In this document: piece by piece, positions 28,401-37,531 of the stretch
Layout of the letters: every line of letters starts with the position of its first letter
Numbering within the stretch: position 1 is the stretch's first letter
NCBI GenBank assembly: GCA_000002435.2
Contig: CM018792.1
Strand: one strand, 5' to 3'
DNA from: Giardia intestinalis
Taxonomy: Eukaryota
DNA: 64,000 bases
The notes under the pieces: model-generated
Seen by the model: only the letters and a program-made list of their open reading frames with translations
Told to the model about the DNA's origin: nothing
Database searches by the model: none
Translations under genes and position numbers: made by a program

Positions 28401-30453
28401 TGAACTCGAAACAGAGTATGATGCCATAAAAAAGGCACTAGCTAGTAATAACGCTACAATGGAGAAGCTAACGCTTCAGTGCAGTAGCTTGACTGCTGAA
28501 TTAAGTACTTTGAAACTACAATATAATAGCACACGCGTTGAACTGGAATCAGCCCAGATGTTAGTAGAAGCAACAAAAAAGGGTTCTGCGTCTTTGCAGG
28601 GAGAAATAGACAAGCTCACACGTGATCTTCAACAGGCAAACGAAGCGAATTCTCAGCTACGTGCTGAGCAGAACGTCCTTCAGCAGTCCTTGGACAACGC
28701 CAATGCAAGCCTCAACGCCCTTGTCACTCAGGGCGAGACTTTGTCCAGGGCCACTGCAGATAGCAATAAGAAACTCCACGACTATATGAGCGAACTTACT
28801 TTGAAGAATAACGAGGTTGACTCTCTTAAGAGATTACTAGCTCGGAAAGAAGCAGATCTTGAGGAGGTGCATACCCGCATAACTAGTAAGATAGAGGAGA
28901 TAAGTCAGTTGTATTCAGATAAGGAACAGGCAGAGGCACAGATCTGTGTGCTGCTTTCGGAAAACTCTGATCTGAAAATGTCAATAAGTGCCTTAACTTC
29001 TACTTTAGACTCCCAAAAACAACTTGTGAAGGATTTAGAAGGAGAGCTTATCTCGGCTCATGGTGAGTTAAAGAATACCTCTTCTGAAGTAGGACGACTG
29101 GAGCTGGAGCTTCAAAATCTCAGAGGCGATAATAAAGATAGCCATAATCGAATAGAAACACTCAATCAGCAAATGATATCTTATGACAAACAGATGGCTA
29201 GCATAGCAGAAGAAAAAGAGGGTCTTCTGAAGTTAGTTTCCCAGCTTAAGTTGACAATCAATGAACTCACGTTAGCAAAACAAGAGCTTGGCGCTAGCTT
29301 AGCCACTGAAAAGATGGCATCTCTAAAACTGGCATCTGAAAATGATGACCTGCTAAAGCGCTTAGAGTCCGGGCGGGCTGCCTATGAAGAGCTATCTGCA
29401 GAACACAAGAGTCTATTAGAAAGATACCATACTTTGAACTCTATGAAGGAGTTAGCAAATACCGAGCTAAATGCTTTAAGAAGCACAGCAAATATGTCAA
29501 AAGCGGACATAGATAAATTCTCTGCAGAGTACGAGCGATTCAGAGCCAAAGCGTCACAAGATCGGGCGGTTATCGTAAAGCTGCAAAGTGACCTTGAGAA
29601 GCTAGAGAGTAAGAATAAGTTCTTACTCGATGAAAAAACTCAGTGCACAAAGATTATAAAGAATCTAAACAAGGACATTGTAGACTTAAAGCTGCAATTG
29701 CATTCGCTTGACCAGTCCAAGGAAAGTGCTACTCGCAAGCTCTCCGTGCTCGGAACTGATAAGGAAGCTCTCATCAAGGAGGTTGATAGCCTTAGGAAGC
29801 AGACCTGTGATCAAGAGCATTTGATCCACGAACTCCAGAAACAATCTAAGGAGACTGAACGTCTTAAAGAAGACCTTGCACATATGAATACGACAATGGG
29901 AGAATTTGCAGATATGTATGCAGTAACGATTAATAAATATGCGGATGCCATGCGTCACCATGATGATATCTCCAAATTCATGCCGAAATACAATACATAC
30001 ATGTCTGACGCCGGGCTGATGACGGATGCACGTCTTCGACATTTCCTAGAAAACAATAAGGCGCTTCTAGATGAAAAGGCATTAGTCGAACGCAAATTCA
30101 AGCGACTAAGCGAATATGTCAATTATATCAAGGCCGAATTAGTCAACACAGACATGAAATATTTGGCATGGATCCAGCACAAAACAGCTGTGTTCAATAG
30201 GTCCGTGGCAAATGCTCGGCCTACTTCTCGACCTGACTTCATGACCAAAAGAATTGACGAGCAGGCTCGGCGGCTCTCGACAGCCTTGGAACCAACAGAT
30301 TTCAGCGCATCCGATGAAATGAACATTGAGCGGGCATCGATTGATAGAGCTTCATTGGCTAAGCAGCTACAGGCCTGTGATATTAAGTATGACGCGACTC
30401 GCACTGCTCAATATGATCATTACCCATCACGTCCGAGTAGCCAAAACAACTAA
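22477..30453 (+). CDS. giant ankyrin-repeat + coiled-coil protein (2658 aa)
   Basis: N-terminal ETWFAAAKKADYGTIRS motif, ~8 ankyrin repeats, then >2000 aa of uninterrupted heptad-like E/K/L/Q-rich sequence. Confidence 0.85.
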   Translation: MAETWFAAAKKADYGTIRSLGSKYFKVHNESDDGNTALLYAISSSNMQLISYLAPHEVRETNIFGWNALMFAAYFDNHDAVKLFLNDEKGMQTREEYKGIPAGATALLIAATRGHAGCVSLLYPMEQSTSGWNDLFLAAFTHNAALVARTISLVSTRDALGRTAMMYLVMFPRHSTLVLLEECIGYLAQAQQGAIDACTKTALMYAAENNNADAVQLLLQLTTLEARKQMETKDEYTALMIAASRGYSDIVLQLLPKEAGIVTSNGVTALMLAVRYNQIEAARLLKDAEAEFQTSGPFDVFSPAATAFSIAQYYHRQELLSLLGAGSLQLTNTEENITTEDSARLVQSPKGVTASSALAFQQKSYMQSPTTEDARVATMISPIFNSNIDISRPTPTNHSKEEPQDNDQLVLTDTQTVAILSNTEALERLKETNQDLATRVFTMQRSMQLESIEQQNTIDKLDIELSLTRQRQTELESKLKLAEEKITMYKDYSQQAYKHNESLSKKYAELKESHDSLVKENAQLSDSLASLKSEKASLETVHKDLAVLFDELQRQIKADKSAADSHITKYSNEVLALQQDLSETKQALAAAQAAAHSKDQVASSVTEELSQLKPRYQDLTREISDLRAKYEEAVTHSNTIQQENNLLKDNFDKATSSLTSLKEENICMQKRLAEAEAINAELHTTVTDLNKAKISQTLECEKLSEQTAGMEDQVQGLQHSLHKATSEVESLNSRLAEQTLESQNLRASIDQLQKDLVSLANEKDILQTQLCADQERLAITRSELSAARQKALALEETLDVRSSDHKTLEANFQRVQSQVVEQTELTQKAESAKAALEIKLGLIEQQLLETQRGANTGQHDLAALRSELQIAAKKNECLETRTAELETAADNLSKEKATLVAKLQDITEERESLKEQLNAFSFQLEQLQSDKSALEHQVSDLLAVISQEQETQVSLKKQIIEAGRRSAELDEEVLRLKDKLDKAIDEASTLTSKLASSEEDNAKTEAKFANLSKERNSLFKELSTVSKELSDLKLANASLEKDAQLAQQKLKEANVSKKSLEQSSSNSSKKIASLSSAKTSLEKQLSTANAHISDLESQLTALEKRDSEAKQVLLAKEKNITEANRSVSQLKRQLKDIRADNETAQNNVIALTKELTSLQLLKDQTDATVAKLTKAVADEREKNESLSKQLNEANGQISTLQSAQDSIELARLSATDRVEALLSENKGLGELITDLKTIISRTQNMLQEMTDEKNNALERLKQADSKIATYALDQQTTKASVDQLRADLSTMEGANRQLQKDIVIQTELCEDLERKNNQLSKQISELIKCQAALEEQLQSKDAAFTEEQSARDALQRELSLADKRYQDLQEEHVELKQALANKRIDIEQMSNSKLSADAALQKAMEKCSALQAEVTLGQKSIESMAQHIRVLENEIDRLKEKNASIFGSLSQAEASSESLERELKAAKRKIAELEEHGLEVEQGQERIFKGLQTVTGEKDVIERRLKEKTQLAEEQHAELEALKKALAASNELNTDLTSNSESSVKSIQQLSRQLAESQGEIAGLKRGAELTARRLSELEALCDDQAKVISVKTSTTTELQTERDLLFKKLAACTAASTEIEDTLTTMQKEYSDQSRKLMELEADNLTLQRTVSSSEKAIEDLNVALMAANQAADESGRKILDLEGRREILERSLAHVNKRNTSLEAEKEQLAKNLIEANRCMTDAELERNTLTRENASLRAAAAELEGKLSTSATALAGKTAAVLDLENQVELLTHERSDLMALKLELEAERDSLQVRVKMHAETIVEMEKSKADTEQLLVTTNTKLVEQEMAFQTAERTLKTLKEKVRLTKQEKTAALSIQADLKSEIATLSETIKTLEDTVNSLTKQISERDRDNESLRTVANGHRSNEEKALEEVERQRNIILDYQQQVSQASLEQLALTQKIDQEKKKVVDAMASKEGLQDDLQALQKRYSELETEYDAIKKALASNNATMEKLTLQCSSLTAELSTLKLQYNSTRVELESAQMLVEATKKGSASLQGEIDKLTRDLQQANEANSQLRAEQNVLQQSLDNANASLNALVTQGETLSRATADSNKKLHDYMSELTLKNNEVDSLKRLLARKEADLEEVHTRITSKIEEISQLYSDKEQAEAQICVLLSENSDLKMSISALTSTLDSQKQLVKDLEGELISAHGELKNTSSEVGRLELELQNLRGDNKDSHNRIETLNQQMISYDKQMASIAEEKEGLLKLVSQLKLTINELTLAKQELGASLATEKMASLKLASENDDLLKRLESGRAAYEELSAEHKSLLERYHTLNSMKELANTELNALRSTANMSKADIDKFSAEYERFRAKASQDRAVIVKLQSDLEKLESKNKFLLDEKTQCTKIIKNLNKDIVDLKLQLHSLDQSKESATRKLSVLGTDKEALIKEVDSLRKQTCDQEHLIHELQKQSKETERLKEDLAHMNTTMGEFADMYAVTINKYADAMRHHDDISKFMPKYNTYMSDAGLMTDARLRHFLENNKALLDEKALVERKFKRLSEYVNYIKAELVNTDMKYLAWIQHKTAVFNRSVANARPTSRPDFMTKRIDEQARRLSTALEPTDFSASDEMNIERASIDRASLAKQLQACDIKYDATRTAQYDHYPSRPSSQNN

Positions 30454-30479
30454 TTGCCAGAAGAGACCAGCTATTCAGT

Positions 30480-33400
30480 TCACATACCAATCGTGCGACT
30501 CAGGAGGTCATCTGCGCTCTCCAAGCGTTGTCTTGCCTTCTCTATACATTCGCATGATGCCCCTACTTCATTTCGAATTGACACCAGAGCTTCGGTAGAG
30601 CTCCTTAATCTGCTCTCTAATCCGTGTATTGTGGTTTCACTCTCCTGCTTGAAATTCATTAGAGAAGACTCTGCCTCTGCCAATTGTCTTCTCAGCGACT
30701 TGATCTCCTCGTTACCACCCTCGCGCATAGACTTTAGTTCCATGGACATTATTCTCAGGCTTTCTTCTGAACTTGCATTCTTGGTCATTAGTAGCTTCAT
30801 TTCTTCCTGAAGCGCATCATACTCCTGCAGCAAACACTCTGTTTTGGCTTCTAGTTCGCGCTTTTCTCTTGTAAGTACCTCATTATCTGACACTAATCGC
30901 TGGTGTTTTATCTCAAGAGTTTGTAGAGACGTTCCTTGTTCCAGAAGCTGTCTCTCTTTGAAGCTTAACTCAGCTGTTGAGACGCTTATGTCCTTTTGCA
31001 GATGATCTACTTTATTTTCTAGCAGGGCATTCTCCGTTTTCAATGCTGAAACCTGGGACTCCAAATCATCCATCACTTGCAGTTGTGCTCTAAGATCTTC
31101 TAGTTCCTCCTCCCTACGCTTTATACTAGTGTTGTTACGTAAGTCCTCCTGATCCTTGGCTTGGCGAAGGGCCTGCACCTCTTCCTGAGCTGCGTGGAGC
31201 TGCTTCGTTGTAAGGTCTAAATCGGCTGTTAATTTAGATATCTGTTCGCTAAGAAGCATATTCTGCCTTCTTTCCTTTTGAACAGATTCCTTGTAAACTA
31301 AAACTTTATTCCTAAGCTCAGAAAACTTTGCGTCAAAAACTCGTGTCTCTTGTAGGTTCTTGTCCAATTCATCTAAAAGCGTCGACTCTGCTCCTGCATT
31401 TGAACCACCCTGTACTTTATTATCAAATTGGCAGATGGACGATTTCAGTAACGTTAGTTCGCCCTCCAAGGCTGTCAGTGTCTTATTAAGGGAACTATCT
31501 GAATGTACGTTTGATTGTCCGCTCTGTCCAGTTGCTCCAGGTGTTCGGAGCAATGAAAGAATGCTTTCTATAGCCTTTAGACGATTGTTTGTCTCTTCTA
31601 GTTTAGAAATAATAAATCCATCCTGCTGGGTATGTGTCGAGTTTTGATTAAAAGTTCGGTGTTCCGGGGACGTTAGAATGGCATCCTCAGCGACTCTGTG
31701 TTGTTTGAGGATAGCATTTTCACGCTCTAGCTCGCTAATCTTCTGTTGCAGCCCCAAGAGTTCTAAATTACTATTTAGCGCTCCCTGAGCATTGTCAATA
31801 GACAGCTGAGAGTTTGAGCCAAGAGATGCCTTGAAAGCAGCGCCTGTTGTGTCCACCGTTGATCCACTAATGAGATCATTTATAAACAAATCGGGATGCT
31901 TGAGGACCTCTCGTTGTCGAAGAGCTATTAACATCGAGGAGATTTGTTGCACTAGGCCTTCATGTACAGACAACTTAGTTGTAATGTCATCTATTTTCTG
32001 TTGAACAGCTACATGAGAGGTCGTAAAATGAGATTGAAGCTCGTATATCGCCGGATAAATGCGGCTCGAAACATCATATCGAAAGACCTGAAGCTCTGTT
32101 GATTTGTCATCCAGGTCTGCCCGTAGGTTCTCCAATTCAATATTAGAATTAGACTGATCTAGTTCTGCATAGTCTGCGTTGGGAGAAGAGTTGGTAGAAA
32201 GGCGCCTAATTATGTTCCCCACATCATTATGCACCTGTTCACGTGCCAGCTGTTGAATCGTACTGTCTTTTTCTTTTTCTAATTCTTGAATGTAGTTCTG
32301 GTTTTGCGTAATGGTCTTCCTAGCTTGATCCAACTCAGACCGCAGCTCTACTACGTTAGCGTCCACGGACTGCAGCAATGCTATCTTTTTATCAGCCTCG
32401 TAAAGCTTTCTATTTAGTACAGCATTTTCTATTTCTAACTGAAGGCGTGAGTCGCGTTGGCTTTTTGCTGACCATGGTGTTGATTGAGCCACCAAACTCC
32501 CGTCAACATGCAAGCTCGAGTGCTGTTGAGATGTCCGTTCGCTTAATTCTTTATAATTCTGGGAGTCACTAATGTTCTGTTTGCGCCCAGTTAGCTCTGA
32601 AACGGTCATTGGTCTTGTTGGAGATTCAACAGATAGGCTCCCTGTGAGAACTGCCGACTTCGGTCTTCCAGAAACATTGTGAGATAGAGAGAAGTTGGAT
32701 TTCCTTGAAAGTAAAGCGCTATCATCAAAACTTTCTTGCTGCGCTCCAGAAAGACGCATTACTGAAGATGTGTAACTGGCCTTTGCTGTTATTGCGTCTC
32801 CCCGGCCAGTAGGTGTTGATATGGGGATTATTATCGGTTGCGTATAGGGTTCGGTTCCTTGGAAAGGAGGAGAGGAGCCTCGAGATATAAGCCCTAAGGG
32901 TCTATTAGATCCTTTAAGCTGATGATCGGATGAACTACCATAGAGAGACGAATAAATTAGAGACCCATCAATTCGTCCGAGAGATCGAAGAGGGATGGGG
33001 AAGGCAGTGCCCTGACCCGGTTCATTACCTATAGTCTGGAGAAGTGAGACAACTTCTTGTCGCCCACATTGCTTAGCTATTGTCAAAGCAGTGGAGCCAA
33101 CTGGAAACTCGGCCGTTGCGGAAACCGTAGAGAAACTATTTTCATATGGAGCCAGAAGCTTACATATTTCTAAGTTACCAAGGCTTGCAGCAAGCATCAA
33201 GGATGTGATTCCAGACTGGGTTGTGCGACCAATTTCATAGCGCGATAGCATATCGCAAAGGGTGTAGTCTTCCATCTCGACCGCAAGCATAAGGGCTGTC
33301 TTCCCCGCTACAACTGTTCCATTATCTGTTTCATCATATGTGTGCTTATTTATCTCAGTAGTGGTTAGGTCAAGAAGATAGCGCACTGCATCTCGATGTC

Positions 33401-34055
33401 TAGCTGTGACCGCATACATAAGCGCCGTTTTCCCATAAGCATCCTGTGCCCCTTCTTGCGTCCGAATTAAGAGTTTGATGCAGCGTCCTAAATCGTGTCG
33501 CGCCAGAGTATCGCGACGGTGCATTACAAGATACATTAAGGGGGTGCGGTTATAATTATCTCTCGGGGCCACAGATGTGAGCAAGCCAGGGTCACTAGAA
33601 AACGCGGTGTTTAGTGCTCCAAAGTCAACATTGTACGCGGCAAGGAAAAGAGGGGTCCAGCCACTAAGCTCTGCCTCTCGGTCATAAAGAAGCTTTACAA
33701 TTTGATCATGCCCATGCGTAGCAGCAAGGAGAAGAGCAGTGGTGTTAGGTTTATAAGGAGAAACCGTAGTCAACGTCCTAAAGCCTGCCTCATGAGGAAA
33801 TAGGGTTTCCACAATATCTGTAAAGCCATTCTTCGCTGCACTCATAAGCGAAGTCCATCCCTCCGGAGTTGTCAGGCGCTTTTCATGGGATAGTAGAAGT
33901 TTGACGATACTGAGGTTATGTGTCTCTGCTGCCTTCATCATCGCTGTCTGATAAGGAGGGTTAGGTTCTGTACGCTTTGCATTGCTCAAATAGTTTCTAG
34001 CAATGAAACGTACATCTCCATTAGCGGCTGCGTTGAACCACGGGTCAACGTTCAT
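30480..34055 (-). CDS. ankyrin-repeat + coiled-coil protein (1191 aa), convergent with the previous gene
   Basis: N-terminal DPWFNAAANGDVRFIA motif, ankyrin repeats, an S/T-rich linker, then a long coiled coil. Only 26 bp separate the two stop codons. Confidence 0.85.
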   Translation of the reverse strand: MNVDPWFNAAANGDVRFIARNYLSNAKRTEPNPPYQTAMMKAAETHNLSIVKLLLSHEKRLTTPEGWTSLMSAAKNGFTDIVETLFPHEAGFRTLTTVSPYKPNTTALLLAATHGHDQIVKLLYDREAELSGWTPLFLAAYNVDFGALNTAFSSDPGLLTSVAPRDNYNRTPLMYLVMHRRDTLARHDLGRCIKLLIRTQEGAQDAYGKTALMYAVTARHRDAVRYLLDLTTTEINKHTYDETDNGTVVAGKTALMLAVEMEDYTLCDMLSRYEIGRTTQSGITSLMLAASLGNLEICKLLAPYENSFSTVSATAEFPVGSTALTIAKQCGRQEVVSLLQTIGNEPGQGTAFPIPLRSLGRIDGSLIYSSLYGSSSDHQLKGSNRPLGLISRGSSPPFQGTEPYTQPIIIPISTPTGRGDAITAKASYTSSVMRLSGAQQESFDDSALLSRKSNFSLSHNVSGRPKSAVLTGSLSVESPTRPMTVSELTGRKQNISDSQNYKELSERTSQQHSSLHVDGSLVAQSTPWSAKSQRDSRLQLEIENAVLNRKLYEADKKIALLQSVDANVVELRSELDQARKTITQNQNYIQELEKEKDSTIQQLAREQVHNDVGNIIRRLSTNSSPNADYAELDQSNSNIELENLRADLDDKSTELQVFRYDVSSRIYPAIYELQSHFTTSHVAVQQKIDDITTKLSVHEGLVQQISSMLIALRQREVLKHPDLFINDLISGSTVDTTGAAFKASLGSNSQLSIDNAQGALNSNLELLGLQQKISELERENAILKQHRVAEDAILTSPEHRTFNQNSTHTQQDGFIISKLEETNNRLKAIESILSLLRTPGATGQSGQSNVHSDSSLNKTLTALEGELTLLKSSICQFDNKVQGGSNAGAESTLLDELDKNLQETRVFDAKFSELRNKVLVYKESVQKERRQNMLLSEQISKLTADLDLTTKQLHAAQEEVQALRQAKDQEDLRNNTSIKRREEELEDLRAQLQVMDDLESQVSALKTENALLENKVDHLQKDISVSTAELSFKERQLLEQGTSLQTLEIKHQRLVSDNEVLTREKRELEAKTECLLQEYDALQEEMKLLMTKNASSEESLRIMSMELKSMREGGNEEIKSLRRQLAEAESSLMNFKQESETTIHGLESRLRSSTEALVSIRNEVGASCECIEKARQRLESADDLLSRTIGM

Positions 34056-34447
34056 TTTGATTTTTGAGTAAATAGAGCTTGCTTCTTACAGGAACAACTG
34101 GTACCACTACAACGCGCTACTTCACTCCTGTGGGTTTTCTTTGATATCGAGAGCAATATCTTGTGTGACAAATGCGTCACAAGCTGTTGGACCAGTGCTC
34201 TGAGTAATCTGAGAAATAGACCAAGAGATCGTTCATGATTCCTTAAAGACCTCTTTCTAGTTAAAGTAAATAACATATTTACGGAGATTGATGTTCTAAG
34301 GTACATGTGGAAATACATCATCATCTAAAAGCAACCAGTATTCCTGCCTGCCTCAAAGATCCACTGTGTGTTATACACCAGAGTAGTGGGTCTTACGCGG
34401 TGCATATTAGAGCGTCGTAGATAAACACATTAAGTTATTAAAAAATA

Positions 34448-37400
34448 ATGCGGTTATTCAGTCTGCAGGAATGTGGACACCTGGCCTGGTCCCCTGTTAG
34501 CATGCAGTTTGCCTTGGCTACGTCAAGTGCAAACATAACTGAGACATTTGTCAGTGAGACTTCGCTCTCTGTTTATTCTTTGGACATTGACTCCGTTACG
34601 CCTGTCCGTGAGTTCAGCTGGCCGTTTGCGGCAGAATTCACATGTCTCCTCTGGAGCACAAGCGATAGTATTATAGCAGGATTCGAGGATGGATCTCTTT
34701 CTATAGGTCCATGGAATGATATGGGAAATGCAATACGCCTGCAAGCACACAATGCAGCTTTGTCGGCTCTTTCATGTTCAGAGGCATATTCACTCCCCCT
34801 CCTAGCAACGGGGTCTGCCACAGGCGAAGTATCATTTTGGGATCTCAATACTCGCGCCCTTTGGCATGCAGTCAAGAGCCGTGAAGGGGCTGCAGCACAC
34901 CATGGTGCGATTGTGCAAATCAGTTGGAACCCTAAAGTGCCAAGAATATGCTGCACTGCTTCTCAGGATGGCACTGTCAGCATATGGGACATGGACAAAA
35001 AGGGTGGTCTTATGAGCCTTCGTGGAGATGACACGCCTCTTGTTTCAGCTCTCTTTAGTCCCGATGTGGCGACTGTTGTGTTTACTGTCAACACTGCGGG
35101 CCTGGTTTCCATGTGGGACTTACGGCAAAAGACACATCCTGTCTCAACCAGCCGTCTTCAGTTACCAGCTAATGTAGTCCCTGAATCCATGTTTATCCAT
35201 CAATACGAAAAAACCTTCCTTTATATTCCGACCAGTGATGGGAAGTGCTTTTTCTTTCTTCCTAAGCAGACAGACCTGGTCTTCATGGGTTCGATCGATA
35301 GCATTGGTACACATATTAATGCGTCGCCTTTTTATCCTGGCTATTTCCTCTCGCAAGTGTGCGATCCGGTGCAATTTTCTTCAAAAACAGAAGGGCATTT
35401 CCTTCCTTCTCTGATTCCGTTACCTCTGCTTTCCGAGCATGTAGAATTGTTACCTTCACCTGTTCTTCTCCACCCTCTTTTTTTGTTTGCGGAAAACTGT
35501 CCCGAAGACATTTCGGACAACTATGATTTTGCTCCGCGTGCAATAGTAAGCATTGATTCCCATAATGTTATGATAGATGGAAAACAGCGACAGAGCATGG
35601 AGGGGCTGTTTTCGCTGACACAAGTTCGCGACGCGGGAGCTGTGCTGTCTCAAATAGAGCACGTGCTTGCTGTTCCTATTGATGCCCATTCTTGCCCTTT
35701 GCCGTTGCACACTGATCTCTCTCTTCAACCACCAGACAAGATCTTTCGTGCTCTTCTATCCGCTGGATCGTCTGGAATTTTGTCTTGGCTTACCAGTACC
35801 GAGGCCTCTTCAAAGATAAATTTTGTTAAGCAAGTTGTGGCACACCCCGCGTCACAGCCTGTGGTAGCTTCTGATGGAAGAGACTTCTTTGATGATATCC
35901 AGAATTCCTTCCCCGACTCCTTTCCCGAGAATGAAATTCTCGAACCTTCTGTTTCTGCATCCGATAGGTTTTCGTCGTATTATTCATTTTTGTATAACAA
36001 CGATCTGGAGTCTGCGGCAGCTTATGCAGCCAACAGTGGAGATTTTGGGTTAGCCTTCTACATTGCTTCCAAGAAAAGTAATAAGGAGCTCCTAAACTCT
36101 GTGTCAGACTCTTTTAGGAAAGCAATGAAATCCAACTTCATAAAGGCTGTTGATAGCATGGAGACAGGTTATGCAGCTATCATAGAGTGTCTTCCGCCAG
36201 AAAACTGGTTCTATCATCTAAAAATTGCTGCCTCATATGGTGGCGAACAGGCAATACGAGAAGTCGCTGCAACTCTCTTGCAGAGGTCTACTAGCTTTTC
36301 GCCATCTTTATTGACCGCATTAACAATATTGGCGGGACGCATTCCAGAAGCCTTTGAGTTGGCTGCGTCGACATCAAGCCTTTTAGATACACTAGTTATG
36401 GGTCTCCTCTGTGTGTCGCAGGGAGTGTCGATGACGGGTGGCGGTGTCTTTAGAATCCTGGAGGGGCTAGTCGATATTGTTGTTTCACAAGGTGATGAGA
36501 ATCTTGCAGCAACGCTTCGTGGTAAGTTTTCTCTTAACAAGTCAAATCTAACGCCTCAAAGTGCCCCATTTGTGGAAAAAATCCAGGAGAAGGGGGCTCC
36601 TCTGAGTTCTACAACACATACAAAACAAGGGCGTCGTAGTCGAGCTTCTACTATACCACAAGTAACTGGTAATACCCTACTACCTCCACAACTTGCTACT
36701 GCGTCTCTGTTTTCTGGGCCTGCTCCACCTGCGCCAATTACGGCATCTATCGCCCCAGGAATGTCATCAACTCAAACTTCGGTACCGTTAGCAGTGCCCC
36801 CTATGTCTTATACTACTCCGGCTCAAACCGCTTCTTCTTTCCCTGCTGTTCCTCAAATTGCTTTGAATTCAGCTATTACACCACCGATACCTCATATACC
36901 AATGGCACAACCATCTGTTCAACCTCAGTCAGCTGTTTTACCTCTCGAAAGCCCGCAGACTCCCATCTTGTCAATAGCTCAACCGCCTTCAGTGATATCA
37001 GCCCCTTCCGTTAGACTACCACAGGCAGAGGTACCACTTGCTGCTCCTCCGTCTATTACAGCTCCTGCGCCCCCAACAGTTAATGGAGCAATTTCTACAG
37101 AAGTTGTGCAAGTAACTACAACAACAGCGCCACAGGCCCGAGCGCCACGTCGTCAACCAACTCAGTCATTATCGGCGGGCCAACCTTATGATGTAATTCA
37201 TAATATCGCGACAAACGGATCAGCAAATGCAGAGAGATTTAAGGCACTTGTTTTACGCTATGCTGATGTTGATCAATTGGGATTTTTGAAATATTACACG
37301 AAGCTAGGCGATTGTATTATTCATCTTGCAGAGCAAGGGGTGCTTTCAGCAGACACTATTAGTGTCCTTGGACGGTACATTGCTGGACTGGAAATGGGAA

Positions 37401-37522
37401 ATGGACAGGCTGCAACGGAGGCTATAAAAGGTATGGCAGCGCGCAAGCAGCGTCTCTACACTGAAGAGCTTTCTACGTGGGCCGCACCGCTGAAGATCAT
37501 GGCGCGGGCGCTCTGCAAGTAA
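34448..37522 (+). CDS. SEC31: Sec31 (COPII outer-coat subunit), 1024 aa
   Basis: The N-terminal WD40 propeller aligns with the Sec31 N-terminus (…AWSP…LATG..…S.WDL…IIAG.EDGSLS…). This is followed by an alpha-solenoid, a ~200-aa proline-rich segment and a conserved C-terminal domain. Confidence 0.7.
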   Translation: MRLFSLQECGHLAWSPVSMQFALATSSANITETFVSETSLSVYSLDIDSVTPVREFSWPFAAEFTCLLWSTSDSIIAGFEDGSLSIGPWNDMGNAIRLQAHNAALSALSCSEAYSLPLLATGSATGEVSFWDLNTRALWHAVKSREGAAAHHGAIVQISWNPKVPRICCTASQDGTVSIWDMDKKGGLMSLRGDDTPLVSALFSPDVATVVFTVNTAGLVSMWDLRQKTHPVSTSRLQLPANVVPESMFIHQYEKTFLYIPTSDGKCFFFLPKQTDLVFMGSIDSIGTHINASPFYPGYFLSQVCDPVQFSSKTEGHFLPSLIPLPLLSEHVELLPSPVLLHPLFLFAENCPEDISDNYDFAPRAIVSIDSHNVMIDGKQRQSMEGLFSLTQVRDAGAVLSQIEHVLAVPIDAHSCPLPLHTDLSLQPPDKIFRALLSAGSSGILSWLTSTEASSKINFVKQVVAHPASQPVVASDGRDFFDDIQNSFPDSFPENEILEPSVSASDRFSSYYSFLYNNDLESAAAYAANSGDFGLAFYIASKKSNKELLNSVSDSFRKAMKSNFIKAVDSMETGYAAIIECLPPENWFYHLKIAASYGGEQAIREVAATLLQRSTSFSPSLLTALTILAGRIPEAFELAASTSSLLDTLVMGLLCVSQGVSMTGGGVFRILEGLVDIVVSQGDENLAATLRGKFSLNKSNLTPQSAPFVEKIQEKGAPLSSTTHTKQGRRSRASTIPQVTGNTLLPPQLATASLFSGPAPPAPITASIAPGMSSTQTSVPLAVPPMSYTTPAQTASSFPAVPQIALNSAITPPIPHIPMAQPSVQPQSAVLPLESPQTPILSIAQPPSVISAPSVRLPQAEVPLAAPPSITAPAPPTVNGAISTEVVQVTTTTAPQARAPRRQPTQSLSAGQPYDVIHNIATNGSANAERFKALVLRYADVDQLGFLKYYTKLGDCIIHLAEQGVLSADTISVLGRYIAGLEMGNGQAATEAIKGMAARKQRLYTEELSTWAAPLKIMARALCK

Positions 37523-37531
37523 ACCCATAAA

